Source of the DNA: Tetramitus jugosus
Lineage: Eukaryota; Protista; Heterolobosea
NCBI GenBank assembly: GCA_937625935.1
Contig: OW569375.1
Coordinates: forward strand, 1 to 64,000
Reading direction: 5' to 3'
Length of the DNA stretch: 64,000 nt
Shown here: in pieces, positions 8,842 through 22,317 of the stretch
Layout: each line of letters begins with the position of its first letter
How positions within the stretch are numbered: the first letter of the stretch is position 1
Notes under the pieces: model-generated
What the model saw: the letters and a program-made list of their open reading frames with translations, nothing else
What the model was told of the DNA's origin: nothing
The model's database searches: none
Position numbers and translations under genes: made by a program

Positions 8842-9960
8842 TCATAATGCTGACATTCCTGCCTTGCCACAACCATTAGAACAATTTCTAAATTCTTGGT
8901 TGATAAAGTATGATGATACACCTCTCAAGAAACAAGAGGAAACATCCGAGCGATCATCAGATGAGGGAGGTACGTATATACTCTGTTCCTCAGGTGGTTG
9001 AACCTCCAGTGGTGGTGGGTTGTCTTCCAGAGCTGACTGCTGATAAAACGTGTAAAAGCGTTTCAATAAGACATCAGACATGGCCGCTACATTATCATAA
9101 TCCAACTCAAAGTACTCCAAAGGCAAGCGATCGAACAATTGAGCACAATCCTTGAGGAATCTCTGCTTTGAAACGGGTGCATCTTTTGACCAATCGCCAA
9201 CACCAACAATCAATATACCTTTACAGGCCTTTGGAGGCTCCAGATTTATCATGAGTCTCACTTCCCTGAGAGAAACTAAAGCTCTTGACAAAGAATTATA
9301 ACCCAACGAAACCACAACATGTGGAAGCGTGGAATAAGTGTCCTCATGCCATGCATCTCTCGTATCTATTGTAATCACTAAGCATTGACTCTCATTGTAG
9401 TACCTCTTTGGATCGGTTCTAAATCGCTCCCATCCATTCCCAAACATCCAGAGTTGAAACACCATGGTGTTTGGAGTAATTGTTGGTTGGTTCGACGTCA
9501 TCCACAAACACAAGAAATCAATGCTCGAATCCGATGACTCATCAACCGTTGGCATCACAAGTTCTCTGGTCATTATGGCATTAATCACTGACTTATTCAA
9601 CGAACTATCCGGCACAGTGAACAAAATTTTTGAAATGACATAATCGTGAAAACCCTGAATTCCTGTTCTGTTGAACGGAAGTTGAAAAAATCGAACATAT
9701 CGACACATGAAATCTCTCATTTCATCACAACAATTTTGATCCATGGTGCTAGGTGTGATGAGCACTGGTGGTAACTCTCTCGTCCGATACAATGGTCCAA
9801 CAATGAATGCGAAATCTCTTTTCAAAAGTTCTGGCCATAGAGTTCGATTGTGTCTGATGCAATCATAGGCGAAGCGATTCGTTTGAGAGTATCGACAAAT
9901 GGAAGTCACGGGAAGAAAGAACAAAATCTGGCTCAATTCGTCCCAACTGATTCCTGACAT
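8842..9960 (-). CDS. F-box protein with a degenerate Ras/Rab-like GTPase domain
   Basis: F-box ISWDELSQILFFLPVTSICRYSQTNR..LWPELLKRDF; FQLWMFGNGWERFRTDPKRYYNES parallels Rab [21 protein letters not shown]; P-loop and NKxD absent. Confidence 0.65.
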   Translation of the reverse strand: MSGISWDELSQILFFLPVTSICRYSQTNRFAYDCIRHNRTLWPELLKRDFAFIVGPLYRTRELPPVLITPSTMDQNCCDEMRDFMCRYVRFFQLPFNRTGIQGFHDYVISKILFTVPDSSLNKSVINAIMTRELVMPTVDESSDSSIDFLCLWMTSNQPTITPNTMVFQLWMFGNGWERFRTDPKRYYNESQCLVITIDTRDAWHEDTYSTLPHVVVSLGYNSLSRALVSLREVRLMINLEPPKACKGILIVGVGDWSKDAPVSKQRFLKDCAQLFDRLPLEYFELDYDNVAAMSDVLLKRFYTFYQQSALEDNPPPLEVQPPEEQSIYVPPSSDDRSDVSSCFLRGVSSYFINQEFRNCSNGCGKAGMSAL

Positions 9961-10423
9961 ATCTGTTGTTCTTTTTTGCTTTTTTTCTTGTTCTTCGGGA
10001 GCAAACGAGATGGAGAACCAACACATGATATCAACTCATTTCTGGAGAGACTAACCCAGAAGAAGATGGAGATGGAGTGGTACTCTTTCTGAAAGAAAGA
10101 TCCTGAAAAAAATCGAATTCATGCCAAGATTCATGGACAACATCCGTAGTCTGACCGGAACTCGGTCTCTCCGTTGAACCTATTAGGAAGTTTCTTTATT
10201 TAACTTTTTCCTACCGGAGTATAGAACTTTGGATACCATAAACAGCATAAAATTGACGGCATGTCCATGTCATCCTTCCATCATTATTCTTCCAGTTTCC
10301 GTGAACTCAACCAGCGATTGCTGGAACCGTTATTGGTGTTGAACTTGTGTTTCTTGTCTCGTCACAAACAACAAACCAAAGCTCGTACATACCCAACACT
10401 AAACCATTGCCTTGTAATTAATA

Positions 10424-11215
10424 ATGAGTGGCTTCATCAACACTTGCTTCAATATGCGCAACACCACTGTGCACAACAAGTACATTGGTCCTGTTGTACA
10501 AATGCCCTACCTCCTGGCTGATGATTGGCACACACAGCCTTCACTCAAAGGAATCAGAATATTCATGACCATTTACTGTCTTGTAACTTTCTTGACAAGC
10601 TTTTCCCTCTTCTTCTATCACAAGTACAAGAGAGGCAAGCAAACATGGACCAACACGCTTGCATTCTGGTTCAACTTCAGTAATGCATTCATTTTCTCAG
10701 TGTTGATCAATGCTGGCTGGACCAGCAATGTTTTTGTGATTGCTGCTGCTCACAATGCCCTCGAGCTCATCATTGTTCTCACATTGTACAAAAAGTTTTT
10801 TGTTGACTTTTTCCATTCAGCTTTTGCCTACAAGGTTATCATGGACATTGCCTATGTTGTTGGAGTTCTCTCAGTGTTGCCCCACTTGTTGATCATTGAC
10901 TTTGAATTGGGTGCCAAGATCAAGGCGTTTGGAGGTATTTCGGATTTTATTCTGTTTGCAGTCAGTCTCGTCGGTGTGACAAAGTACTTGATTGATATTT
11001 TCCGGAAGTTTGTCAGAAAGAATCCAGATATCCATCCTGCACCACGTCGTCATGTTGCTCTGTTGATCACAACTCTCAGTCACACCACAACTGTCATGAT
11101 CACATTTGCTGCTTGTTTTTATACGAGACTGCAATTCGTCATGATTATCGTCGGAACATTGATCATGAATATGGCTGGTGTGGTTTACTTTGTCTTCCAA
11201 ATTTTGGACAAATAA
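10424..11215 (+). CDS. Multi-pass (about 7 TM) membrane protein of unknown function
   Basis: Intact 263-aa ORF with about seven hydrophobic segments. Confidence 0.75.
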   Translation: MSGFINTCFNMRNTTVHNKYIGPVVQMPYLLADDWHTQPSLKGIRIFMTIYCLVTFLTSFSLFFYHKYKRGKQTWTNTLAFWFNFSNAFIFSVLINAGWTSNVFVIAAAHNALELIIVLTLYKKFFVDFFHSAFAYKVIMDIAYVVGVLSVLPHLLIIDFELGAKIKAFGGISDFILFAVSLVGVTKYLIDIFRKFVRKNPDIHPAPRRHVALLITTLSHTTTVMITFAACFYTRLQFVMIIVGTLIMNMAGVVYFVFQILDK

Positions 11216-11351
11216 ACTGTAGTTTCAATGTCGAAAAACTTTACGATATCCACGAAGCGGATCTTTTAATTTGTGACAGTTGAGATGGATGATTTACCTG
11301 AAATGGGTGTGACGACTGCTTCAGGGCTCACAAACAAAAGCAACAACAACA

Positions 11352-14300
11352 ATGGAGCAATCTCCTGATCGTGTCAGATATTGTACTCTTATTTTGAGCC
11401 TCTTCTTGTTCACTTTCTCTCACTATCTAACACTTGTGAGAGGCAGTGAATCCCACTGCAGGCAATTGGGTGGTGTTTTATACTTTGGGAAATGTTACAA
11501 GTTCATGGGAACCAACGAGTTCACTTTTCCAGAGGGGGAAAGAGCGTGTAAGGCCAATGGCTTTGATGGTCTTATTCAGTTTCAGTACCCTGAAGAAGAA
11601 GCTATTTTGCAATGGATGGCAGTCAGTGCTGGCAACTATTGGACAGGAGTCAAGTTTTGGAACGGCCAGTATCGATTCAGAGATGGAAGAGTTGGTAAGT
11701 TGTGACAACAGAGTGTACATGTTGTGTTCAGTTTTACTCATCAATGTTTGTCTTAGCTTCGGTGCAGAGTGTCGAGAATGCCAGCTATCATTCAGCTTCT
11801 CTGATCACACATGTGCGTTTAGTGTATGAGGGACAAATACCAACATTGTGGTTCGAATCTCTCCCAGATTCAACCAACCAAGTCATATGTGAATACATGT
11901 ACGACGATTATTGTCACCAGATGAAAGGTCATTTACTTCTGGGTAAGTGTATCAGAGATATCGGTAATGTGGAAACGAGACAGAGGGCTCCTGATCTATG
12001 TGCTCATGTCGGGTATCAATCTTTGTTGGCAATAGACTCTGAGAAAGAGAAAAAATTACTGATTGCCAAGTTAACAATGGAGGATGTTTGGTTAGATCAG
12101 CAAAAACAAGGGGCAAACTACAGTTTTTCAAATGGAATTCATCCAACATACAATGACATCCTTCCTACGACAGATAATGGAACTCATGATTCTGTTTATC
12201 TGTCAGGAGGAAGCTATCAAGTTGACCATAGTAACAACAACGTCACTCGTAATGTGGTGTGTCAAATAGCCCTTTCATCATTCTGCTTGAAAATGCATGG
12301 ATACTACTATCGTGGTAGTTGTTATAGGTTTTACAATGAGTTTGGATACTCTTTTTCCTCAGCTAGAACGGCCTGTGCATCGTCTGGTTATCAATTAGCG
12401 AGTATACAATCACAAGACGAACTCTACTTTCTCTTGGATATGATATCCGGTAATTCTACAATTGATTCTTATGTGAGACTTGATGGGCAATACAATGGTA
12501 CTCACTTTTTGGATGTTAAGGGAGTAGTAGTTCCCTTTTCTTCAACCACGCAAACAGGATTCCTCATTTCTGATACAATAGTGGTTAGTACCGCAAACAC
12601 TACATCTCTTGGTCAATACAGAAATGCGAATGCTGCCATTGCTCTTAGTTATGTTTGCCAAATGGAAATGACTTGTTTTGGGAAGAAGAAAGATACAGGA
12701 TGTGGATCTCATGGCAGATGTGTATATACAGACAATTGCATATGTGAAGGAGATATTGTTGGAGATAAGTGCCAAGCTCGAGAAAGAATTACATTCGAAT
12801 CTCGACTTGCACCACTAAACACTGATGCCATCAACGATATAGTGATAACTGAAGCCAATAGCGGATTTTTGACCAACACTACTCATGTTCTCTCATTGTC
12901 TATCGAGCCATCTAGTGCCTCAGTGGTGACGATAATAGGACTGGGCACTTCACATTTGATTAATTTAACAGATGTAAGAGGGATAATCAATGTCGGTAAT
13001 TACACCTTCGCCTATGCAGATATTGGATCGCAAGCAATTAGGCTCTTCAATTATAACAGTAATAATGATTCTTCTTATATTCCAGGAGTAGGTCTAACAC
13101 CCGAAATAGCCTTTGGTGGAAACACCATATATTATGGATTAGACCGCAACATCCGAGGGTTTGATCTTTCAACTGGTTCATCCTATTCGGTGAAGCCCAA
13201 TCTTCCCTTTAGTATCGGAGGAATGACTTATCAAACAAAAACATTGTACTTAGCTTGTGAGGGTTTCAATAGAATTATGGCCTTTAATATGGACAGTGCG
13301 TCCATGATTGTTTGTGCTGGAGATGAAAGCTCAGATTACAAACAATTGACAATTGATCCCATTACTAACTCCTTAATAGCAACGGTTGGTGGTAACATTC
13401 AGATAATATCTCCGAAGAGAAAAAGCCCATACATTGGTGGAGGTTCGGGGCGATTCACGAATCAAATTTCATTCAGCCAACCTACCGGATTATCATTCTC
13501 TCCAGATGGATCCATCCTATATACTGTTGACGGAATCAATAAGCAATTAGTATCAATTAATATGAGATGTAAATATGGCTACGCATCTCCTAGTTGCTTG
13601 ACTCCATTATGTTTTGGAATTGAGGCCAATGACAGTAAAGTTTGCAGTGCATTGGGGGTTTGTACAGCACCAGATCACTGTGTATGTAATCATCCAAATA
13701 TCACCAGTCCTGACTGCTCTCAGTATCCCTCTATTCCAATGCAGATAACAACATTGACGAACTCAGTAGTGGCACCAAATTCGGGATTAGTTCATCCGAG
13801 ATGGAAGGATGTACTACTGTTCTGTGACGATAGTGATACGATCAAAGCGCTAAATAGATCATCTGGAGCGATATCTCATTACTATAGCTCATTATTTTGC
13901 AAGAGTATGACACTGACTGCGGACAAAAGAAGCCTAATAATCGTCACACACAACTTCACGATCGAGTTGATAGAAGATTTAATGAATCCAAATGGATCAA
14001 GCTTACTAGCAGGTCAACTAGACACTGAGAGTTATGAGAATGGTTATAATTCAAAGATTGGAGTTGTGTACAACATTGTTATCGATCCTGTTATGAGTCA
14101 CTATTGCTATTTCATTGATTCATCCAACGGATGTATCCGTCGTTTAGATATAGTCAATAGATTCGTCGATACCTTATCCTCGCCAGGCAATCTTGTAGAT
14201 ACAGGATATATAGAATCACTTGCGTACTATGCAAATACCTTAGGATACATGGTACATGTTCGAGACAAAATAGTATTTTCTCATAATCAACTGCATAAAG

Positions 14301-17300
14301 TATACAATTTGGATGTTAACACAATGCAAGTCACCAAGCTTACTGGAGGTGGACCGGGTAATAACGATAATCCTATAGATATTAATGACCCAGCCGCATA
14401 CTTGGACTCTCCTTTCCACATGTCAGCCGATGTGGTCAGTGGTGACATATATTTGACTTACAAAGGAAAAGGAATCATCAAGAAGATTTCAGTGAATGGA
14501 TTACTGACAACTTTTGCAGGATCATACACTGTACTGGATAGTAGTGGGTCCGATATTACGAATGCAACTTTTGCTGAAATATCAAGCACAACATTTGATC
14601 CGATATCTAGATCCCTCATCATTTTTGAGAAAGGAGCGAATCAGATAAGAGAAGTGAAATTCAAGTGTGGAGCAGGTTATTTAGAAGATACATGCATTCC
14701 GACATGCTTTGGAATAGAATCTAACAGCTCTTCCGTTTGCTCGGGTCATGGTACATGTGTGTATCCAGATGTGTGCGCTTGCACCTCTGGTTTCTCGCGA
14801 GATCAATGTGAATACAAGGATTTAATTATTGTGGCCACATACAACATCTCCTTGCCTCCATGTATCCCTATGGAAATATCCATCATACCGATGTCGCAGT
14901 CTAACCAAACATTCACAACTCAATTAGTCTCATGGTATCTAGAGTCTACGATTCTGCCTATTCCTCAAGCATCCCAGTTCGCTCTATTTCTCTCCAATTT
15001 GAACTCGTTTAATATTACAATTCCCGTGGAGTACCTACCAATGGGGGGACAAACTATTCTCAGAGCAACTATAAACACTGACAAAGGAGTGATATCTGAC
15101 ACCTTAACTTTCAATATCTCCTCGGTTATGTCTGTCATGGTTGATGCAGCAGAAGATTTCTCAATTAGAAGTGCAGATGACAATGTCATATACAGCAAGA
15201 TTACGATTCCAAAGTGCGTGAGTACTTCAAGGATTCAATTTCATTGGGATGTCGATGGTATCTCCGGTTCTGCATCGCAATTTTTGATACCCAAACGCTC
15301 ATTTCAAGTTGGAACATACCTCATCACCTTGACAATTTTTTTGAGGGACACCCCATATTATTCGAGAACCTTCAAAAATGTAGACGTCCTCTATGATCCC
15401 CCAGTTGTAAGAATCAAAGGTGGAGATACTGCCATCCGTATCGGTACTAATCATACATTGGACGCATCCGGCACATATTATCCGGATGATCCAAACAAAG
15501 GCATGATATTTTCGTGGTATTGCAGCTGTGAGACCTCTTATTTTTGTGCTGGTTTTATCAACTCTGGCACCGCCAAGCAAATTTTTACACCAACAATCAA
15601 AGACTTGTACAGTTTCTACTTGGAAATCAATCAGTATACTCTTGATTTTGTGTCAGCACTCGTGACGATTGAGGTATTGGAGGAAGAGATACCACAAGTA
15701 TCTATTGTGAATACAATTGGTTTTGTTAGTACGACCAAAAAATTGTCCTTGGAGGCAATCGTGCTCAATAATGTTACACGTGATGTCCTCTTTTGGTGGG
15801 AACTGTCTGAGAGATTGAATAATTCAACCTTGGTTCCTGTTACATTGACTTCGAATCAAGTTCTCACATCTCTATCCTCGAGGTTCCTGGTATTGCGATC
15901 GGGCGTTCTCAGACCAAGCAAAACGTATGTGGCGAAAGTCAGTTGCAGGAAACGAACTGCCCAAGGAGTTGGGTTCGCAGCAATCAACGTAACTACGAGC
16001 GACGCTCCATTCAGTTCGGACCCTAATCCTTGTACTACTATTCCTCAAAACAATAACAAATATTTGCTTCTTGCAAATGGATGGGCACTCCCTCAGAATT
16101 ATGAAAACAATTTCCAGCCATTGGCATATTCATTCCAGTATCTTGATGAAGAAACACAGCGATGGACAGTAATATCTCCCTACGGCTCATCAAATGAATT
16201 TACTACACGACTCTTCCCTCAACACTTGAACAGTACCACCCAATTTGCGTGCCGCGTTAGAAACTATTATGGCGAAGAAACTATCTCATTCTTTAACTAC
16301 ACTCTGAAGTCCGTAGCAAATGAAGATACTTTCAATGAGGTTCTTTTTGAGCAACTAGATATCATTCAAAGCTCGAATGGTTCAATTTCCAGAGACTTCG
16401 GTTTCTCTCTTGTTCAAATTGGAAAACTCTACGCTGAACTTAACATTACATCGAACACTGTTATTGAGAGTATAATTATGATGCTGTCCATCAAAAGGAG
16501 CGAAACAACTCCTCCAGAGCTTACGATACAACAAATGCAGGCTCTGTCGAGTGTATCGCGAAAGATATCAACAATGAGCATTGATTACAAAATTGATCTG
16601 ATTCATGTAATCTCTTATCTACTTGGTGATGCTGATTTTGATCAAACTGATAGTATAATCAACAATGCAGGTTCAACTTTGTCCAACATGTTGTCTGATA
16701 CTCAAACTGGGGAGACTATAAGCGTATTAAATGCACCACTCCGCTCAGCCATGAAGGATTTGTCACAGTATCTCTTGGGTGATTCAGTGCCTGGAGAAGA
16801 GATCAGGTCGATTCAAACAATTGCCTTTGCTCTCGCAACTCGAAGAGGATATGGTAATCAATTGCGAAATTCGACCTTAACTAACTATGCGGGCTCATCG
16901 ATATATTTACCTCTTTTGAATCAATTTACCCAGCAATATGAGGAAATTGTGTATGCGCTAGAATACATAACATTCCCTGATGCCACCAGTTTGATATGGA
17001 GAGATCATTCAAACAATATTTCATCGACCATCATTTCTTTCAAGTTATTGGACACAAATCATAGTAAGTTGTCTATTGAAGCTTCCAATGATGATCCACT
17101 CGTAATTACCATGCCAAAACTCGAAACCAATACAAGTATTGAGGGTTTTCAGTCTCAATATCTGTGCTACTTCTACGATGATTCTGCCGATATGATATGG
17201 GACACTCGAGGATGTTGGTTGTTTAATGAAACTAACACGACGGTTACGTGTCACTGTAATCATACTACCTCGTTTGCAGCATTTATTCAATACTCCAAGG

Positions 17301-18757
17301 AAGACCTTGCAGTCAATAGCGAAGTGAACAGAGCAATCTATTTTGTGAGAATAGCATTTGATATTCTATTCATCATTATAATTGTCATTTTGGCAGTGTT
17401 CTTGATCTATCATCGCAACAAACAGCCAATTCGATCAAGAATTTATGCTCCACTCATATGTCTAATTGCTCTATTTGTGGAGTGTGCTCTTCAGGGCATT
17501 TTGAGAAATGCTTTATTGTCAGCACGAGATCGAGAAAAACTTGCCTACCCGATTAACATTGTCGGTGGAATTATCATTACGATTTCATGTCCTCTGTCAA
17601 TCATGAGTTTATACATATATTTGTGGCAGAATGTTAGGTACTTTATGTTGCGCAAATTCTATGAACTAATGGAAGCCAACCATGGAAAGGTTACTCCATC
17701 CAGAGTGATGCTAATAGGGAAAGTGATATCATCCAAATTCATATTGTATACATCGAGTATCATAGTACTCTTAGTGTCGATCATTTACTTTTTAGTTCTG
17801 TCAACTGTTGGTGGAGTTGAGAGTACCACAGCAACCTCTGCTGCCACTGCCATTACAATAACCAGCTCTGTTACATATTTGGGAGTACTGGCTATCATTG
17901 GTATAGGCATTGTAACTACCTTGATTATAGACACGATTTTTTGGCCACTTCGAAGAGATTTGAGAGCACATAGAGAAAGCTCGTCCAAAAAGAATATTTG
18001 GTCAGAGTTTACCTCCTACTCACGAATATATCATCATTTCAGACACGATGACCCATTGTACTTTAGAGTTGACTCCCTATGCATCTCCGCGGCAGTTATT
18101 GTTGGTTTTGTTTCATTTGGTATCGGAATCGCGGCTCAGTATACAAAGATGGAGGACAACTCAGCACCTAAGGTTGTATCTCTGATATTTGATTTACTGT
18201 TTACTGCTCTTAGAATAATTGCTTTTGGAGGAGCTTTATCAGTCATCAGAATTCTATTTGTGATAAAGAAGAAGCAGATTCAAGTACCTGAGATGGGTGA
18301 AAAAGGAGATGATAGCATAGAAGACATGATTTTATCCCTGATATCCTCACCAAGAGGTTTAGCAATATTCAAAGAGTTTTGCCTCAGGGAATTCGCCTTA
18401 GAAAATCTATTTTGTATCATTGAGTTGAACGACATTCGTTCTGCCTGGAGCTCTATGGACAACGGACAGAAACAATTCAGAATCGATGCACTGTTCAGTC
18501 AGTACATCCAAACCAATGCAGTTCAAGAAGTTAACATTCCTGGCTCAGTTCGGAAAGCAGTATCTAAACTGAAGAAGGAACTTGGATCTTCCTTGGACAA
18601 CGAGCAACAAGAGCAAATAATTGCCAGACTCCATGTTGCTATCATGACCAATTTATCTGACACGTTCTCGAGATTTGTGGTGATTGATGAATACAGCGAA
18701 TATGCCAAGACAACTAACATGCACAAGCAACTAGAAGACATCAACTTCTCACTTTAG
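11352..18757 (+). CDS. Giant adhesion-GPCR-like receptor: C-type lectin, EGF, NHL-like propellers, PKD/REJ, GPS, multi-TM, C-terminal RGS domain
   Basis: Signal peptide; intron 11695-11756 (GTAAGT..TTAG); lectin motifs (YRGSCYRF..ARTAC..LASIQS); EGF CSGHGTCVYPDVCAC; GPS CYFYD..WDTRGC..VTCHCNHTTSFA; TM bundle; RGS FKEFCLREFALENL..YIQTNAVQEVNI..DTFSRF. Confidence 0.9.
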
Positions 18758-19100
18758 TGGTGTGAAAAACACACGATTCGTAGCGTAGGAATAAAACCAG
18801 GCGATCAAATTTTCGCTCCGCAATCCCATTCGAGTTCTTTACTCAAAAAAGCGAAAAAAGGATGGAAGCTTCCATCAGGGCATGTCCTCAAGGTATCTCC
18901 TGTCACATACTCAGGATTTATTTGTCATTGGACCCCTGCTATCGATCGCACCTTCTCAAAAGAACAATGAATCTGGCCAGTAACTCTTGTATGACTTTGG
19001 TGATGGTGGCACTTCCTGAACTCTACAACAACAATAAAAGAAGCTCGGATCCTCAAGATTGACGTGACCCTCGTCAGTGCATTTCAACAACAAGAAAAGA

Positions 19101-20549
19101 ATGGCACTCAATGTAGACAATATCATTGGACTCAGTGTGGCTCATGGGATCGATATAACAACAGCATTGATCGTTATACTGACCTACGTTGGTCACAGAG
19201 CATACTTTTGGTTGTTTGAAAAGTTTGCTTCAGTATGGAATCTCCTGATTACCAAAGTGTTTTGTTGTGGACTGTCCTCTCGGTGGATCATTCGACGTCA
19301 GTTCCTCAAGGACTCATCAACAAGTGGATCGTATGCAAAGACCTCTCTGTATCTCATGCTGCACATTTGCCTTGTTTTCAATGCAGGTAAGGTATCATCC
19401 TCGGGATCATTTATTTTTGGAAAGGATGTCTTGTTGTTTGTACTGCAACTTCAAACAAAAAGATGGCTCACTCTCTTACTCTCTTTCTTTCATGCAACTT
19501 ACTATTTCTAACATGTAGTGAGAGTCGCTGGTAGTGCGTTCCATGTGGCGCGTTACTCGATTACAACCAACTATGACTTTTCAAAGCCACCGTCCGAGCA
19601 AGTCCTGACAAGAAAGGTTCACATTTTGAATTCTATACAGAATGCTCTTTTCGTTGTGGGTCTCTTCCTTTACTCGGTCATTTTCTCTATTCTCATACTG
19701 ATTTGGTTGCAGGTCGTGAGGACATTGCAGGACCTGTACGATCCAAAGGATCATCGATCATTTGGAGTCATTCATCACAGTGTTGTCAAGGTGTTGTTAG
19801 TGATTGTGCTGTCGATCGAAGCTGTTTTTGTTGTTCCAGCAATTGTCACTTATTCGGTCCCGAGACAAAAGCTTGTTGACAAGAGAGTTATCGATTGGGT
19901 TGTGGCATACACGTGCGGGCCAGTGTTCGGGCTGTGTATCATCTTTTTGATTACGCTGGCAACAGTGTTAGGTGTTCGAATTCTGTATCTGACTTATCGA
20001 GCCAATAAGAACTCTGCGTCTACCGAATCGAGTGAGAGCAAGCGTGTGCTGATTACGAAAATCTCAATCAGTCTCATCGTTTTCATGATAACTATGATTA
20101 TTCAGTTAGTTGGTGTTGTTTTGAATGGTTTGGGTTTGCCAGTGTGGAGTACGATTCTGTTCCTGCAATCCTTACCAGAGTTGATTGGTATCACGATGGT
20201 CATGCTCATCTTCTCACCATTCAAGCTGATTAACAATATTTGGAAGTTCGCCCTATCTTCCAAGAAGAAGGAAAAACAAACTCCTTCTGATGAGAAGCAG
20301 CAATCTCTGGCTGATACTGAGCCAACTCTCGAAAAAGTGATCGAGAAGGACGGACAAGACAAAGAACCTTCGGCAACCGAACTGGCTTGTATGAAACAGG
20401 AGATGGAACCCGTTATAGAGATGGAGACAGAAGTTGAGATAAAGATTGAGGAGCCAAAGATGGAAGATACAGAAGTTGAAGCGACAGAGGTTGAGGATAC
20501 AATGTTGGAGGAGAGTGGAGATGATCAGAGCAAAGTAGAAAGCGTTTGA
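19101..20549 (+). CDS. 7TM-like membrane protein with acidic cytoplasmic tail
   Basis: Two exons joined by intron 19387-19518 (GTAAGG..GTAG) keep the frame; about seven hydrophobic helices; E-rich C-terminus. Confidence 0.75.
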
Positions 20550-20677
20550 TATTCAAATGTAGTCAATTTTGAACATCACTAGGAAACTAGGTTCTGGCTG
20601 AAACCAAATCTGCTCGAATGACAGATAGGGGAGCTGGGAAGTAATTCTATGTAAAGTTAAGTTTTATATGATTTGTT

Positions 20678-21772
20678 TCAAGCGGATGGTGAACCTCGAC
20701 CCTTCTTATTCATAGCCTCTGCTTTTGCAAGCATTTGCAAGTAAGTTCTGTACACGGGCGTATCGATCATTCTTCCATCAACTTGTGTGCTTCCTCTTTG
20801 TCCATCTGCACCAGCAGCAGCATTGTACGCATCAACAACTCTCTTGGCATACTCATACTCACTCTGACTAATGCCAAACACATTGTTCAAGTGCGGAACT
20901 TGGCTTGGATGGATCGCAAACTTGCCCTTGAATCCCAACTGCTTCACAGCTCTACTCTCCTCGATCGTCGAGTTCGAGTCTCTAAAGTTCACATTGGGCG
21001 TATCCAAGCTCAAGATCCTAGAAGCAGCAGCAGCCACTGCAATTACACTTCTTGGATACTCCAACTCTCTTTCCACGTTCTGACTCGTGTCTCTCGCAAA
21101 TCCCACATCATTTGCATAATCATCCGCACCAAAAGCCACACCAATCATCCGTCTCTGGTCAGCTGAGCAAATTTGATGCGCATTTACGATTCCAAGCGCC
21201 GTTTCGATCCATGGAATCAGTTTGATCGAATAAGGAGCAAGGTTCTTTTCTTGTTCAATGCGCGTAAGCATACGACTCACCATATCAACACTCTGTGCTG
21301 ACTCTGCTTTTCCAAATGTAATGGCATCAGTTCCGCTTGTTACAACGGCTTGAATGTCCTTGAACAAGCATTCTTCACTAATCGTTGCATTGACCCTTGG
21401 AATCAACAGTGGAGCAACCACACCAAAAGTGTCTGAACTGGTAGCTAACTGATTCACATGAGGAATCCACTGCTGTTCAATAAATTGTTGAACAAGACGT
21501 CTTGCTTCGTCTTTAGCACCCATGGGCACAGAGTCTTCCAGATCGGGAACAAGTGCATCGACAGATGAGGTCATTGTAAGCATTTTTGAGAGCATTTTGG
21601 AGCTATTACCAGGTATGAACAATAGACTTCTCAGGAATGAGAATTTGTTGTTATTCTTGTCATCATGTGCTGTTGTAGAATAGGAAGAAACAACAGCAGA
21701 ACAAGTCGTGTTCTTGATTGCAATGAAGGATCGATTCTGTTGAACCAACAATTTCTGTACTGATCTTTGCAT
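20678..21772 (-). CDS. CLYBL: Citrate lyase beta-like / citramalyl-CoA lyase (HpcH/HpaI family), probably mitochondrial
   Basis: RSLLFIPGN, DLEDSV, IETALG, FGADDY, GFKGKFAIHPSQ, DGRMIDTP; presequence-like N-terminus. Confidence 0.88.
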   Translation of the reverse strand: MQRSVQKLLVQQNRSFIAIKNTTCSAVVSSYSTTAHDDKNNNKFSFLRSLLFIPGNSSKMLSKMLTMTSSVDALVPDLEDSVPMGAKDEARRLVQQFIEQQWIPHVNQLATSSDTFGVVAPLLIPRVNATISEECLFKDIQAVVTSGTDAITFGKAESAQSVDMVSRMLTRIEQEKNLAPYSIKLIPWIETALGIVNAHQICSADQRRMIGVAFGADDYANDVGFARDTSQNVERELEYPRSVIAVAAAASRILSLDTPNVNFRDSNSTIEESRAVKQLGFKGKFAIHPSQVPHLNNVFGISQSEYEYAKRVVDAYNAAAGADGQRGSTQVDGRMIDTPVYRTYLQMLAKAEAMNKKGRGSPSA

Positions 21773-21908
21773 TTGATGTAAGCAACAACTTTTTTTGTTT
21801 TTTGAGATCTCGCTGAAATTGGGTTTTATTTTGCAGGACAGGTGGGTGAATCAATCATGAGGACAATGCTGCCAGTCGAGAGGTGAGGATTTGGGATGAG
21901 AACCAAGA

Positions 21909-22166
21909 TCATTCCTCCTTTTCCTTCTCTAATAATTCATCCAAATCTTCTTCCAAAACTTCCTCTCCCAACTTTCCCCAGTTGTGACGTCCACCACCTC
22001 CCTTCTTGAGATGATAGGTGTCCTTGAAGTCTCTCTTGTCTCTCTCATGTTTGGTGACTGTCTTGTGTGTAGGCTTATGAAGTCGCTGATCACTTCTTAA
22101 GTCCCTAGGATTCTGTTCAACTTCAGGGACTGAGAAGTCTGCTGGTGTTTCTTTCTGGTCGGACAT
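21909..22166 (-). CDS. Small HABP4/PAI-RBP1 (Stm1/Stf2-like) RNA- or ribosome-binding protein
   Basis: KKGGGGRHNWGKLGEE motif. Confidence 0.7.
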   Translation of the reverse strand: MSDQKETPADFSVPEVEQNPRDLRSDQRLHKPTHKTVTKHERDKRDFKDTYHLKKGGGGRHNWGKLGEEVLEEDLDELLEKEKEE

Positions 22167-22317
22167 TGTTTTTGTATACTCGTATTAGTAGAATGATAAT
22201 GTAAATGATTGTATTGCGTTTTACTCGGGTTCAGATTGAGTTCGTTCGTGATTTTATCTTGGTTGTCACATGAGTTCAAATGGGAGCAGATCTAAGTTTT
22301 GATTATTAATAGAACAG

